DNA of 64,000 bases, from assembly GCF_001194135.2 (NCBI RefSeq), contig NC_068996.1, forward strand, positions 13,825,715-13,889,714, given 5' to 3'. Under the pieces are notes generated by a model that was given only the letters and a program-made list of their open reading frames with translations, ran no database searches and was not told the origin of the DNA. Every line of letters begins with the position of its first letter. The stretch's first letter is position 1. A program made the translations under genes and the position numbers. Positions 15,633 through 28,900 of the stretch are shown here, in pieces. This stretch comes from Octopus bimaculoides (taxonomy: Eukaryota).

Positions 15633-15755
15633 CCTAACCCTAACCAAACTTTATACTCTAACCGCTAACCCTAATCCATGATCTAACTTCTAACCTTAAC
15701 TTTTAACCTTTGATTCCTATCCCTTACCCTAAATTCTAACCTTAACCACTAAACT
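15633..15755. repeat. Degenerate (CCCTAA/TAACCC)n telomere-like tract
   Basis: cctaaccctaacc..ctaaccgctaaccctaatcc..ctaaccttaac..ccttaccctaa..ctaaccttaacc. Confidence 0.6.
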
Positions 15756-16381
15756 TTCACAAGTGCGCAGAAATATATATATTTATCACACACGCGCAGA
15801 AATATATATTTCACACACACCTGTATATGTATATAACATGCGCGTGAAGTCACACATCACATATGTAAAAGACTAAATCATTAACACTCCCCGTTGGAAG
15901 ATTGAATAATTTGAAATAGTGAATCTGTCTAACATTTATTGTTAACGAATTGATTGGGTGTCAGCATACCGTGGAGTTCTAATTTTACTTTGTTCTTCCA
16001 TTTGATAATAACGTGTTTGTTTAGCCTGTGATGTCAACGATATTGATTGGTTATTGTCTCAATACGAACCCACCATCCCTAAATTAATTAAATTGTATAT
16101 TTCATTATCTCTCACTTGAAAATTTCATATGCTGCATGATCTCATCGATGCATATCGTCTAATAAACCTCTAATGGGGAATTACCTGACGACGTGGCAAG
16201 TTATGCTAACACGTTATTGTATAATCTTATATGATTCCGCAAGCTATTGCATGCTAAGTTGTATAACACGAATAGATAATAAAAAAATATCTTGCTACTA
16301 AAGCACGTGTAGTACTAACCAAATTATCCATTTGTCTCGCTTCTATTCATATCTACATATCCGTCTCTCACTCTCTCCTCG

Positions 16382-16430
<49 letters not shown>

Positions 16431-16981
16431 TATAAGGGTCGTGATATGACCAGGCACAAAACAGGAAATGGAAAATATAACCCGAAATGTTAAGGCATTG
16501 ATTAAACAAAACAGCAAAATGCACTGTACTTTCAGTTCGATTGCTATCACCGCACACTTCCTTGCACACCAACTCTAGCATATTGCTATCATTAGATAAA
16601 TTCATTCGTCTGGGGGTATCCTGAGTAGTTGTCATCCGGCCATCGAATATCAAGTAACTACTGAATAATAATATGTAACCTATTAATTACAAAGTATTTA
16701 TGTCCTTATAACATGGTGAAAATCGTGTTTAACCTCTTCCAATTCTTTTATCCTTTACTTGTTTCAGGCATTTGACCATGCCCACGCTGGAGCAGCGCCT
16801 TGAAGGGATTCTAATCGAACAAGTCGACCCCAGAGCTTACTTTATTAACGTTTGGTACTTATTCTGTCAGTTTCATTTGTCGAACCAAGTTATGGGGACA
16901 TAAACACATCAGCACCGGTTGTCAACCGGTGGTAGAGGTACAAATAAAGACACAATGGCATGCGCATACACAACGTATATA

Positions 16982-17078
<97 letters not shown>

Positions 17079-17513
17079 ATAGGACGAGCTTCTTTCAGTT
17101 GCCGTCTACGAAATCGAATCACAAGGTTTTGATATGTGTGAGGGTATAGTAGAAGACACTTTCCCAAGGTGACACGCAGTTAGACTGAACTCAAGACCAT
17201 GTGGATGGGGGTAAAATTTCTTACCATACAGCCACGCCTGCCCCTGCGTAAAAGTTATTATCAAAACCATCTTTAGCGTGTGAAAAATATTTTGCAGGCT
17301 AATACAAAACATATCTGGGATATAAATGTAGAATCACCAGCGATGTACAATGTTATATCAAGTAGATATTTCCTTCGAATATAGAGTTTGTGTGGTAAGA
17401 AGTTTGTTTCCAAACCACCTAGGTACCTTGGGCAAAGTTATTCTACTATACATCTAAGTCAACCAAATCCTTTTCAATGGGTTAAGTTGAGGGAGACTGA
17501 AAGAAGCCGACCG

Positions 17514-17564
<51 letters not shown>

Positions 17565-18129
17565 ATATATGAGGAGTCCGCCATAACCGCTCTAAAAACG
17601 ACCGACGTTGATTTGTTTACGTAACTTAGCGGTTCCATAATCAGTATCCGATAGATTAAATACCAAAGCTAAAACAAAAGTAATAATAATTACTGGGGTC
17701 GATTCGTTTAACTAAAACCCCTCAAAGCGGTACATCAGCATGGCTGCAGTAGAGAGAAAAACCCTATCCAAGCTCTTAGCGGTATGTGTGGGAGAGGCAT
17801 TCTTGTCACGAAGTCGGCGGATGGTCTGCCAAAATTCCTTAATGGTCAGTCGTAATGTCAGAGTTCAGTTTAATCCCACAGTCTTCCCTTGGCTTAGGTC
17901 TGAGAGCTTTCACTGGGAAAACAAAGCAATAGCAATCCGAGGGTGTAATTCTAATTTCAAAGAAGGGAAACGACAAACTATTCAAACTATGGAGGAATCT
18001 CTTTGTTGAGCCGCTCAGGTTATTCTACGTTTGATGTCTTGGAAATGGTTGTAAGCAGATTGTCATGCCCCAGCTAGCTGAAGATCAGTGGCGCTTCCGT
18101 CATGGAATTGCATGTGCTCACACAATAAT

Positions 18130-18780
18130 GCCTCAGCGTCAGCATTTGGTCTTCTGAAGAGGAGAGTTTGGTAAAAATCAAAAAAAAAAAAAAAAGAAAA
18201 GCCAAACTTGCTAATTCGGTTTTCATGCCTATCCTCATCTATGGCCATGATTGTAGGGTAAGGACCGAAAGCTTGTGATTGCGAATACAAGAAGTCGAAA
18301 TGTGGATCTTCTGCCGAGCTCTGGGGTGATATTATTCGACAGGTTGTATAGCTCGGAGATTAGGGAGTCTGTCCATGTGTCGAGCCATACCTACTTCGCA
18401 TTGAGAAGTCACAGCTCTGGTTCCTGAAGCCGAGTCAACTGATAGGAGACCGAGGGGTAGACAAGGAATGAGACGGTTGGATAACATCAATAGTTTCAAG
18501 GAATCTCTCTATGTCGAGGTGCTACTTCTCCGCATCGGGAGGTCCCAGCTCCCTTACTACAGCCATGTGATTAAAATGTCACAGGTAAGAATCGCTAGAC
18601 AGATTCTTCAAGCTAAGTCAAACGGCAGGAGACCTAGGAGAAGACCAAGAACGAAACGGTTGGTCACGCTTAGGAATCCAGCCGGAAATTATAATGACGT
18701 TTGCTTCTGATAAGCGGTTCCTGAGGACTCTACAGTTTAATTTTCCCAGGAATTGTGGGTGTAGAAGATGGATGGATGGA
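18130..18780 (+). mobile_element. RTE-type LINE 3' fragment
   Basis: AKL..SVFMPILIYGHD, RIQEVEM, VEVLLLRIGRSQL..HVIKMSQVRIARQILQAKSNGRRPRRRPR. Confidence 0.8.
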
Positions 18781-20445
18781 CTCATTATAAGATATTCATA
18801 TATAAGATACATATAAGTGTTATGTTGCATCACTGAGCGTGGCTAATTAATTTTGCATCGTTTTATTATTTACTGTGAAGTCATTTGAGAATTAAGTTTT
18901 CTTGGCCACAAACACTTCATTTTACCGATGATTGAATATATATTTCAAACCTCTTGTCAGGTCATCTGTTATTCTCTCCACCTTACTAGAGATTCTGTCG
19001 TTGTGAGATATTTAAAATAAAACATTAAGAAGAATTTTTCTATAATTCATTAAACCAAGCTTTTATTGCTGTTCGTATTTTTTTGCTAATGCAAACAAAA
19101 TAAAATGAGGTCATTCTTTAGAATTTAACTGGTGATTTCGTTCAGTAAATAAATGAAGATTTTGAAGTAAAGTCGATAAGGTAATTGATATCGAAAAAAA
19201 AAACAATAAACAGAAAAAAAAATAGAATTAAGTATGTGACTTATAAAAACTACCGATATACTCTCAATGAAACCAAACATTCTATAACGATGACACATCT
19301 TGCACGAACAATTTACATTATCAAAAGATGGCGAATTTCAGAGATAATCGATCTACCAGAAATAACAAGCAAATTTTCTCACATCCTTATAGCTTATCCA
19401 AATGTCATAAAAGGGCAGATGGAAAGCAATATGCCTTCTTGTAGAGATAGGTTTTTGGGAATTTGATGTAACTAGGATTCCCTTGATACTCAAGTGTTTT
19501 GGACCAACTGCGGAGTAGACAAAAGAGTATGCCGCTGAAAAAGCAACTATCCCATTTCGCTCAAAAGAGAGAGGACTAGTTCTGCAGCAAGAAGATGATA
19601 GAATATCTGACACAACAATGCTCATGTCGTTGTGTTAGAGTTTTGTCGTCTACATCGATGGGCACCACGATGGAGTGGAGGGAAGAGGCCTAAACTTCTA
19701 CAGAGCTGCTTCACAGCCTGGTGTGGCATCAACTCCTGTATTCGTATATGGAGTACAGCAGCATCCTCACTATACAAACATTTGCCATAAATACAGATAC
19801 AAAGTTTCTGAACATACTTTAGTTTAATCAAGCATAATAGATGGTTAATACAACACCAGGAACACACACAAGGTGAATTGTGCAACCTTCAGCAATTTGG
19901 AAAAGAACTGTAAACTATATGGTAAATTTTAAGCAGACATTGTTATATAGGATATTTTAGAATATCAAATTTAGGGGAATTAATGGAACTAGAATGAAGA
20001 TAGAATAAAAAAACTCGTTTACTCTTTTACAATTTCGTGTGTAATAATTATATTAACATGAACATGGTTCAAATTATTGGATATTGTAATACACTGATGG
20101 TCATTATGTGCTTCCATGCATTGTTGTAGCTTTTGATTGATGCCACCGTACTGGCTAGGTTGACAGACCGATGAGTCCCCTAAATGAGATGCTCGACCGC
20201 GCAGGAATATCCAACTATAACTAAGTGAATTGAAGTAGTGAGAAATGTACAAGAACAAAATGCATCTCACTTGGAATCGAAACCAAGATCTCGCGATCGT
20301 AAGTGCAACAACAACCTAAACTCTCGACTTACATACACACACACACACACACACACATACACACACANNNNNNNNNNNNNNNNNNNNNNNNNNNNNNNNN
20401 NNNNNNNNNNNNNNNNNNNNNNNNNNNNNNNNNNTATATATATAA

Positions 20446-20599
20446 ACAGATGAGGAAATAATTGTATTCTCAAACGCAGGATAATGCTAATAACAGCATG
20501 AACAGGTTAGACTATCCATATTTTGCAGAAAAATCTGGCTGCCGACATATATTATTAGCATTATCCTGTGTTTGAGAATAAAATTATTTCCTCATCTGT
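20446..20599. repeat. Inverted repeat, 48-bp arms with 2 mismatches
   Basis: 20446-20493 versus the reverse complement of 20552-20599. Confidence 0.9.
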
Positions 20600-20929
20600 A
20601 CCTTTCAATACATCTCAACAGTTCTAAAGCAAACTTTGATTGTTGACTTTCAACGTAAGTTGCATTTAAAATATATAAAAGTATATTCCAAATAGACATG
20701 CATATGTATATTATCCATGTGTGTGTGTGTGACTTTTCGTAAGAAAGAGTATTTCGGATACACAGGCATGGATGAGCATACGCATATTCACTAACTGTTT
20801 AGATATATGTATAATATATCATTAAGCTATGTATATGTTGGTTTTGAATATTCAGTTCACCATGGAATATAGCCATGAACAACTCTCATATTTTAGACAT
20901 CATTATAAAGATAGTCAGCAATTAATAGA

Positions 20930-21760
20930 GTCTGACATTTACTATAAACCGACGGGGCCCAAAGAATATCTTTCATTCATGCCTCCTGGGACATGAATGC
21001 TCCTCAAAAGGATTTCTACAATAGTATCTGATATAAAGGATCCGTGACATAACACTCCAAGAACTTCGGTTTACAATTCTTAGAATTTTTTCATCAGTTT
21101 AAATCAATAATAGAATAGAACGAACCCAGAAATTCAATATCTAGGATCTAAGACAAACAAAACAAAAGAAATAAATTGAAATTGTAAATTTTACCATGAA
21201 TTCCCACCTAANNNNNNNNNNCCTGCAAGATCATATTGAATAACATATCGTTAATGTAGAAAGAACCAGTCTGAATCAAATCCCCCAAACACATACCACC
21301 ATAGAGATCAAAAGACAACCAACAAAAAATCAAAATCGATGAAAAAATACTTCATCCAATAATAACAAAACCAAGAGTAAAAATACTGAGGACCCAACTT
21401 TGGTATATGGTTTCATCTGAGATCGGGATCAGATATCCATTTCAAACAAGTCAAACTCTTTACAATACAAAATAACTTTACCTGTGCATCTAAAAACCTA
21501 ATCTATGCGATAACACGCGTTGAATATGAGAAGCATTACATTGGACAGATGAAAAACGTTTTACATCAACACAAGATTCTGTGTATAGATAGAAAATTAA
21601 ATGCAGGAATACAGGCAACTAGGAGTTGGTGGACAAAGAGACGCGTGTGCAGGCAAGAAATAACAGAATTTTATGATTTTTACTCCATCTAAATTTAGCG
21701 ATAGAATGACTTAATGACAAACGTCAAAAAGAAATATGCTTCATAACAAATACCAGCCGC
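20930..21760 (+). mobile_element. Penelope-like element relic
   Basis: YKPTGPKEYL..., RISTIVSD and NNFTCASKNLIYAITRVEYEKHYIGQ (GIY-YIG), similar to the copy at 25.1-26.5 kb. Confidence 0.75.
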
Positions 21761-22237
21761 GTAGAAATTCTTGTGGTTGAGTAAGGGAGATAACCACCGC
21801 CAACACAACTGCATCCTTTGCTAAAGTCACTACAATGACTGCTACTAGCTAAATGGACGAGTATTATTACCACTGAGAGATCTAGTTGCTGCTGCTGTTT
21901 CAGCTACTACCACTAAGAGCTGGTTGCTACAGCAGTCAACAGCCCAGCAACAGAAGAAAATTAAATACATCACCATGTGGTTTTTATAAGAAAAACGGGT
22001 GAAATTCCAGAAACAATGTTATGAATGATTCGTATAATTTATATTTTATTCGTTTGAATTATGTCTAATTTAATATCAACATGAATAGCACGTCTTCTTA
22101 AAACAACTGAAGCCGGTAGCTGCTTAGATACAAGTGTAAATACTGATGTACTTTTTTCCATGATAAAATTCTCAGAACGTTTCCTTCGTTTTATATTTGA
22201 ATACATACATACATACATATGTGTATGTATGTGTGTA

Positions 22238-22273
<36 letters not shown>

Positions 22274-23211
22274 ATCGTTATTCCTTCCTGTGCCTGTGAA
22301 ATCTTGTATTACTGTTGTAAGGCCTTATTTCCACAACGCCAGGTAAGTTTAATTTGTCCTTAGTCGAAAGACACCTGTTGTTATGTCCTGTTATTATTTT
22401 TATTGCATTTGTGTAACATTGTCCGTTCTTTTCCGTCCTTGTTTCCTTGTATCGTCTATCTGGATGTTTTGTCCCTTTCTTGTATCACCTAACTGTCTGG
22501 ATGTTTCGCGTCTTTGTCCCATTCTGTATTATTTATACATATACATATANNNNNNNNNNNNNNATATATAAAAGCAAGTCAATAAATAACAAACGATGGA
22601 TAAATGTCAGTTCATTACAACTGTCTCACGCATTTTCTAATAGATGAATGAGTACATTGCATCACCCTGATATGCTCAGTAGCCAGTATGCTGGCTGTAA
22701 ACCTGTTATCCCTACCCGCTAACTAAATTCTTAATGTCTTTCTAGCTCTTGTAATGAATATTATAGCGTTATTTTTGTTTTCGCATTTCCACTGTGTTCA
22801 TGAATTGTTCTTCTGGTAGTTGAAATTCTATGTATCATCTGATCAAATGTGTTTTTTTGTGTTTTTTTTTGTGATGTAGTTTACTCATTCATCTATTAAA
22901 AATGTGTTAGAAACAGCTGTAATAAACCCACACTTATCTATAATTTGTTATTTATTTATTTGTTTATAATCCTGGAGTGCATCAAACACCGAGCAACCGA
23001 TACAACGTGTGCTTTGGACCAGCCCCTAGGCATTAAATACTCGTAAGTGTTAAATTCTCTATAGACATAACCTGAATATTTCACTGGATGTACTTTAGTA
23101 CCCAGTATATTTATTCGACTAAAGGTGGTGTTTACATGTTAATTCGACCCCACCTGCTGCCTTTCATTTAAGCACCGGATCCTCTCTCGAAACCTTAATA
23201 CTGTTTGTGAG

Positions 23212-23281
<70 letters not shown>

Positions 23282-23287
<6 letters not shown>

Positions 23288-25085
23288 ATCCTTATGGATA
23301 CAAGAATACACTGCAACACTGTAATAGTAATATAATCGAAACAAACGGCAATAACATCACGTAACGTAACAACAATCGTTTAAGGACCGACAATTCAACA
23401 CGCTAACTCGAACTCTAAACTTTGAACTATCAAGCACACGAACTGCGGAACTAACACGATCTACCTCACTTAGACCGCTACTATTTACATGGAGTGATTC
23501 AGCCCATTCTCGCCAGGGAGCGTCGTATTCTCGCACAACATCTCTCCTTTTGATATTTCATGTTCCAAAGGAATAAAGAAATTTTTTTATTTATATATAT
23601 ATATTTTTAAGTATCTCTTTCGTTTGGGCATTATCTCAAGGTGTTCGGTCTGTTCTCTTCTCATGCTGGTTTTACCGGACTCTATTATTTTTGGTACCGG
23701 TACATCGAATATTTCACAGAATACTTCCATGGGAATTTCTTACTGATCTTGGGTATGACTCTTCTATAGTTGGTTTAATTATCTCTTATGTCCACCTTTT
23801 AATTAGATACATCATACTTCCAATTTTTCTGGTAACATGGCTATCTTCCCAAACTTCATTACCGCTTCTATAGGTTTTGAAATGCACTTATCACTTATCA
23901 CTTGAGTAATCCACCTTTCTGATGACTTCACTTTTTTCGCGTCTGACCAACTCTTTATTTACGGTTTCAGTTTCCGCGAACGGTATTTTCTGTTTGCTTT
24001 AGATATAGGTTCAGCATTTTCACTTACTTGGAAATAGGCTTCCATCTTTCTACATAGACCTAAATCCTCTGATAAGACTTGCGGGAACATTTTTTCGATT
24101 TTTTAATTCAGTTCTTCCGAAGACTTGTTTTTAAAGTGACAACCATTTATGTTATTACAGTAAAGATTTATGGGGAGGTGCCATAAATCGAATAGTTCTA
24201 ATCAATCTGTGCCAAACAGATTGATTGTATTATACACAAAGAATAAGCTTGCTCAACGTGTCTGTCTTTGAAATGTGGCGTCGATGCATGTTTTGCCCAT
24301 GAAATGTAATTTATCGCCCGTTACACCATGCACTATTTTCACTGTTTTACGTAATCACGGCTTATCAATTTTTTCCAAGTATCCCCTTTAAAAAACACCT
24401 TAGAACATTTTGTCTTTGAATCTCGTATTATTGTTCTACAATGAGAACTCCAGTGTCCCAGCTTTTGACGACTATAGAATTTGTTTTGTTTTTAAATGGA
24501 CAATCATTCCTGTAGAGTATGCTTCCACAATCTTGACATGGCATGGGGCCAGACACTTTTTTATTGTACTTCTTGGGAAGACACATTTGAATTTTTGCAG
24601 AGTCTTTATCTTGTATTTTTTCACATCATGTTTAAGATTTACCATAGTCTGACGTTCTTCTGCGATTGTCTATAGCGATAAATCCTGATTCGCTTGCTCC
24701 ATTTTCGAGAGGATCCTAACCTGAATTTCTCTATCTTCCGGAACTATATGTCCTTGCGGCGAGTTGGCAGAAACGTTAGCACGCCGGGCGAAATGCTTAA
24801 CGGTATTTCGTCTGCCGTTACGTTCTGAGATCAAATTCCGCCGAGGTCGACTTTGCCTTTCATCCTTTCGGGGTCGATAAATTAAGTACAAAATACGCAC
24901 TAGGGTCGATGTAATCGACTGAATCCCTTTGTCTCTCCTTGTTTGTCCCTTCTATGTGTAGCTCCTTGTGGGCAATAAAGAAATAAGGAACTATATGTCC
25001 TTGCACGAAGATAAGTGACTTGAACATATACTGAGTGACATCCTGGAGATTGAAGTTTTTCGCACATACGGTTGACTAATACGAC
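23282..25085 (-). mobile_element. Internally deleted Gypsy-type LTR retrotransposon (gag end, protease, RT start, integrase tail, PPT, 3' LTR)
   Basis: Minus-strand peptides: IFVQGHIVPEDREIQVRILSKMEQ (gag), PCQDCG..DCPFKNK..KLGHWSSHCR (Zn knuckles), HGVTGDKLHFMG..NLFGTD..FDLW (protease), FPQVLSEDLGLC..KIPFAETETVNKEL (RT start), PMEVFCEIFDVPVP..LEIMPKRKRY (integrase tail). PPT aaaaggagaga (23551-23541) abuts a TG...CA LTR at ~23540-23282. Confidence 0.85.
24758..24986 (+). mobile_element. tRNA-derived SINE inserted in the Gypsy gag, with an 18-bp target-site duplication
   Basis: Exact TSD ggaactatatgtccttgc at 24740-24757 and 24987-25004. A-box-like tggcagaaacgttag, B-box-like gatcaaattcc, A-rich tail. 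Confidence 0.9.
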
Positions 25086-25089
25086 TTAG

Positions 25090-26490
25090 GTTATAAAAAT
25101 CCTCTTCCTCATTTTTTGTTAAGTTCCAACACATCATTCTGGTGTTGAATAATGAACTTCTATCACAAAAATTGGTACGAGAATAGCTCCCACTTCTTTG
25201 CTAACCTAGTCATGGGATATCTAGAAATCGGTCTTTATCGTAAGATACTAAAAAAGTACAGTAACCCATTCTCCCTCTACATAAAAAAATAACTGGAAGA
25301 GGTATCTGAATGACTGTTTCATTCTTTGGCATGAAAATATAGAAAGACTTAAAAGAGTTCAAGCACTTCTAAATGGACTTGACGTAAACATTCAATTTAC
25401 GATGGGTTATAGCCATCTACAACTAACATTCATCGACATCCTCATTTAGAAATCTAACAACGAAGTAGAAACAGATATATACTATAAATCCACGGACTCC
25501 AAGCAATATCTACCGTTCAACTCATGTTACCCCAGACACACTAGAATGAATATCACTTTCAAACTAGCAAAAGGGTTTTGTACTATAGTTTCTATAGTAC
25601 ACGAACTTAAGGATACACTCATCACCGGGAACTAGCCACCACCACTAATTGATATAGGCTTTCAACGTGCCCTACAACTCAACATCCACGAACTCAGGCA
25701 TACCAAACTAAAGAAGGATTTACAACCAAAAGCCCTACCATACATCTCCACACACAACCTTCTTCGACACCATCCTCAGAACATTCCCTTACTAAAACGG
25801 GACCACAGAATGCATTTAATATGATGCACACCATCATAAAGAGCAAAAGACAACACAAATCCATGAAAAGTTTCCTAACACAAGCCCAAGTATGCTCGAC
25901 AACAACACTGAAGCCTTCAGTAAAAAAATGCGAAGACCTAACTGTGGGATATGCTTCAACCTAGTTGAGGGATCTGGGTTTTCTTTCAAAAAGGGTCAAC
26001 GTTTTACAGTGGAAAAACAACTTCACGTGTGCTTCGGAGAACGAAATATATGTATTAACTTGCTCTGGACGTCGAGAGCAATACATAGGCCAAACCAAAA
26101 AGAGTCTACGTCAAAGGATCGCTCTACATAGATCCCAGATCAAAATTCAAGAATACAGAAAAATAGCATTCAGTGAACACATCGACATTTATGCCACTAA
26201 CAAATAACCCAGCTTCGGAATTTTTCCCGTCTATAAATTCAGGGACAATGCAACCTGTAGTCAGCGCATTAGCAAAGAGTCATATATGATCACAAAATAT
26301 AAACCCCCTTTTGAATGCGTCCATCACAAACAGCACTATTACAAGGGTCTTAGAATAATATTAAAAGCGATATATTCAGAACAGTCACTTGACATGAATT
26401 CAGAACAATTCCAATCACTACTATTACAACCACAACAGGTTACTTTTAGGTCACTTGAGCATTTAAGAGGATTCCACTAACACCCTACTA
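25090..26490 (+). mobile_element. Penelope-like element, 5'-truncated and degraded (RT C-terminal part plus GIY-YIG)
   Basis: Translates in pieces to GTRIAP..ANLVMGYLE, WKRYLNDCFILW (YLDD to YLND), ETDIYYKSTDSKQYLPFNSCYPRH and FTCASENEIYVLTCSG..EQYIGQTKKSLRQRIALHRSQI. Frameshifts and stops are present. Confidence 0.9.
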
Positions 26491-26523
26491 TTGTCATGCC
26501 ACCCCAGTATTTTTATTATTCTA

Positions 26524-26676
26524 TCTCTTCTTCTTCTTCTTCTTCTTCTTCTTCTTCTTCTTCTTCTTCTTCTTCTTCTTCTTCTTCTTCTTCTTCTTCT
26601 TCTTCTTCTTCTTCTTCTTCTTCTTCTTCTTCTTCTTCTTCTTCTTCTTCTTCTTCTTCTTCTTCTTCTTCTTCTT
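26524..26676. repeat. (CTT)n microsatellite
   Basis: Direct reading; it follows the Penelope relic. Confidence 0.95.
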
Positions 26677-28355
26677 CTCCTTCTTCATTACCTCCTCCTT
26701 CCTTAGCTACTACTACAGCTTAAACAATCAAAACCAAGAATTCATATCAAATATTTGGACTGCTACTACCTGCTTTGAATGTTGTCTAATAGTAGATCAT
26801 ATTTAAATACATACAATCTACTATTACTTTCAGAGCCTCAGAAAATGCGATGTTTAGAGAAGCTTGCATTAGTGTACCGTGTATCTTCAGGCAGATTTTA
26901 AGATTTTAAGTACCACATAGCTGTTCTAAGAGAAGTATCTGACAATACACCACACAGCATCAAGTGCAGCACCGTAGAACCATCAACACCAAGTGTTAAT
27001 GTATCAAAGAGAAGCAGGTTTTGTCTATCCGAAAGATCTCATATCCGTTTTAGATCTAAGAACTCTACCGATCTACAAATTACAGATCTAAAATTTTCAT
27101 TAAATCTAAGCATCTGGACAAGTCTCGGTAATTGAACTGGTAGACACCGCATCACTTAATTCTTTTACTACCATGTTTCCTTTTTCTTTTATACTCGTGT
27201 TTCTCATTCTATATTTTTCTTTTAATTTTTTTCCCCAATCATCTTTCCCATTCTTTCTCGCCTTTTCTCTAAGAACAGTCACGTTATAACTCTCAGTCTG
27301 AATGACCTGAAAAATACACGGCAAGCTATACAAGCTTGTCCGACCATTGTGTTTTCAGAGGCATGGAACTAGTAGCAGCTCACATTTAAATCCTGTGTGA
27401 GTGTATATATATATATATAATGCTGATGCCCATTTTATTCAATCATCACCCAGCATCACGCTTAGATCGATATTATCTTAGTAAAACAAGATGTCTTCTT
27501 ACATTTTTTTCTCTCACCTGATTTCAATTTTCAAAACTTTGTAGCCGAAATGTCTGCTGCTAATGTGAATACTAAAATCATGAAGTGTAAATGTAAGCAT
27601 GATGCTATGTGTGGGTGTGTGTTCATTTATGTATGTTTGTATGCATGCAAGTACATTTATATATATGTATATATGTATGTGTGTATGTGGGTGTTTGTAT
27701 GCATTTGTACGTGTATGTATGTACATATGTATGTATGTATTAATGTATTATGTATGCATCTGTCTCTAAGTACATACGCATATATGCATAGGCGTATGTT
27801 TGTATGTGTATTTGTATGCATGTATATTTTCAGGTAATGTATGCATGTATGCATGTAACTTTGTATGTAATATATTTGTATGAATGTTTGTATGTTTGGA
27901 CGCATGTGTAGATGTATATATACACACATGTAGTTTGTCTTCTATAAATGTAATTTTCAAAATCATTCTCATTTATTCATACCAAGTCAAGATTTAAACA
28001 GCATTATAGGCTGGTTATTTGTGTCAAAACAAATTTCAAATTTGCTTTGCAGAAAATTTATCACTGACTGTACCAACACTGGGTGAAGTTTGCAATATAT
28101 AAGAATTGACACCTCCACATAAGATCCGAATTCTGTTCTTGTTAACCCGCGTGAGGTACCATGAGATGGTTGTTCATTTGAATTCCTTAACACATTGCAG
28201 TTTTTGATGGTCTTCTTTGCAACAGATACCAATATACGCTTTGAAATCCAGCCAGAAATTTTAACGACTGTTAGGTCGGATAGAATCCTATGGGGGAATT
28301 TCCTGAGGACCCTATTCTATGCTCTTCTCAGGAATATTGGGTAGAAAAGATGCAT

Positions 28356-28423
<68 letters not shown>

Positions 28424-28484
28424 NNNNNNNNNNNNNNNNNNNNNNNNNNNNNNNNNNNNNNNNNNNNNNNNNNNNNNNNNNNNN

Positions 28485-28578
<94 letters not shown>

Positions 28579-28599
28579 ATGTATATATATATATGAGTG

Positions 28600-28900
28600 G
28601 TCACAGCACTGGTTCTTCATGCCGAGGTGACCGGCAGGACACCTAGGGATAAAGCAATAAAGAGATAGTTGTATAATCTCCATACGTCTCCGCATTGAAA
28701 GGTCACACATCCTGTACTCCAGACACGTGATTACCAGATCTCAAGAAAGAATTGCTAGATGGATTCTTGAAGCAGAGCCAACTGGCGGGACACCTAGAGG
28801 TAGATCTAGAAAGAGATGGTCGGATAATATTTATAGCTGCAATTAGTGATGGTTGCTTCTGATAGAATTCTAAGGAGGATCTCTGAGTGCTCTACCACCA
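28600..28900 (+). mobile_element. RTE-type LINE 3' fragment
   Basis: LRIERSH..SQERIARWILEAEPTGGTPRGRSRKRWSDNI, same family as the 18.1-18.8 kb fragment. Confidence 0.7.

Noticed and set aside
16170-16240. CTGACGA followed by a hairpin
   Set aside because: GAAA is replaced by GTTA and stem I is not adjacent.
16324-16653. Minus-strand ORF with a Thr-rich start and hydrophobic segment
   Set aside because: The upstream AGs are phase 2, incompatible with exon C (phase 1). The ORF runs into (TA)n.
19185-19900. Possible DNA-transposon remnant (EKATIPFRSK resembles the piggyBac DE.MIPF motif)
   Set aside because: A single weak motif with no TIRs or TTAA seen.
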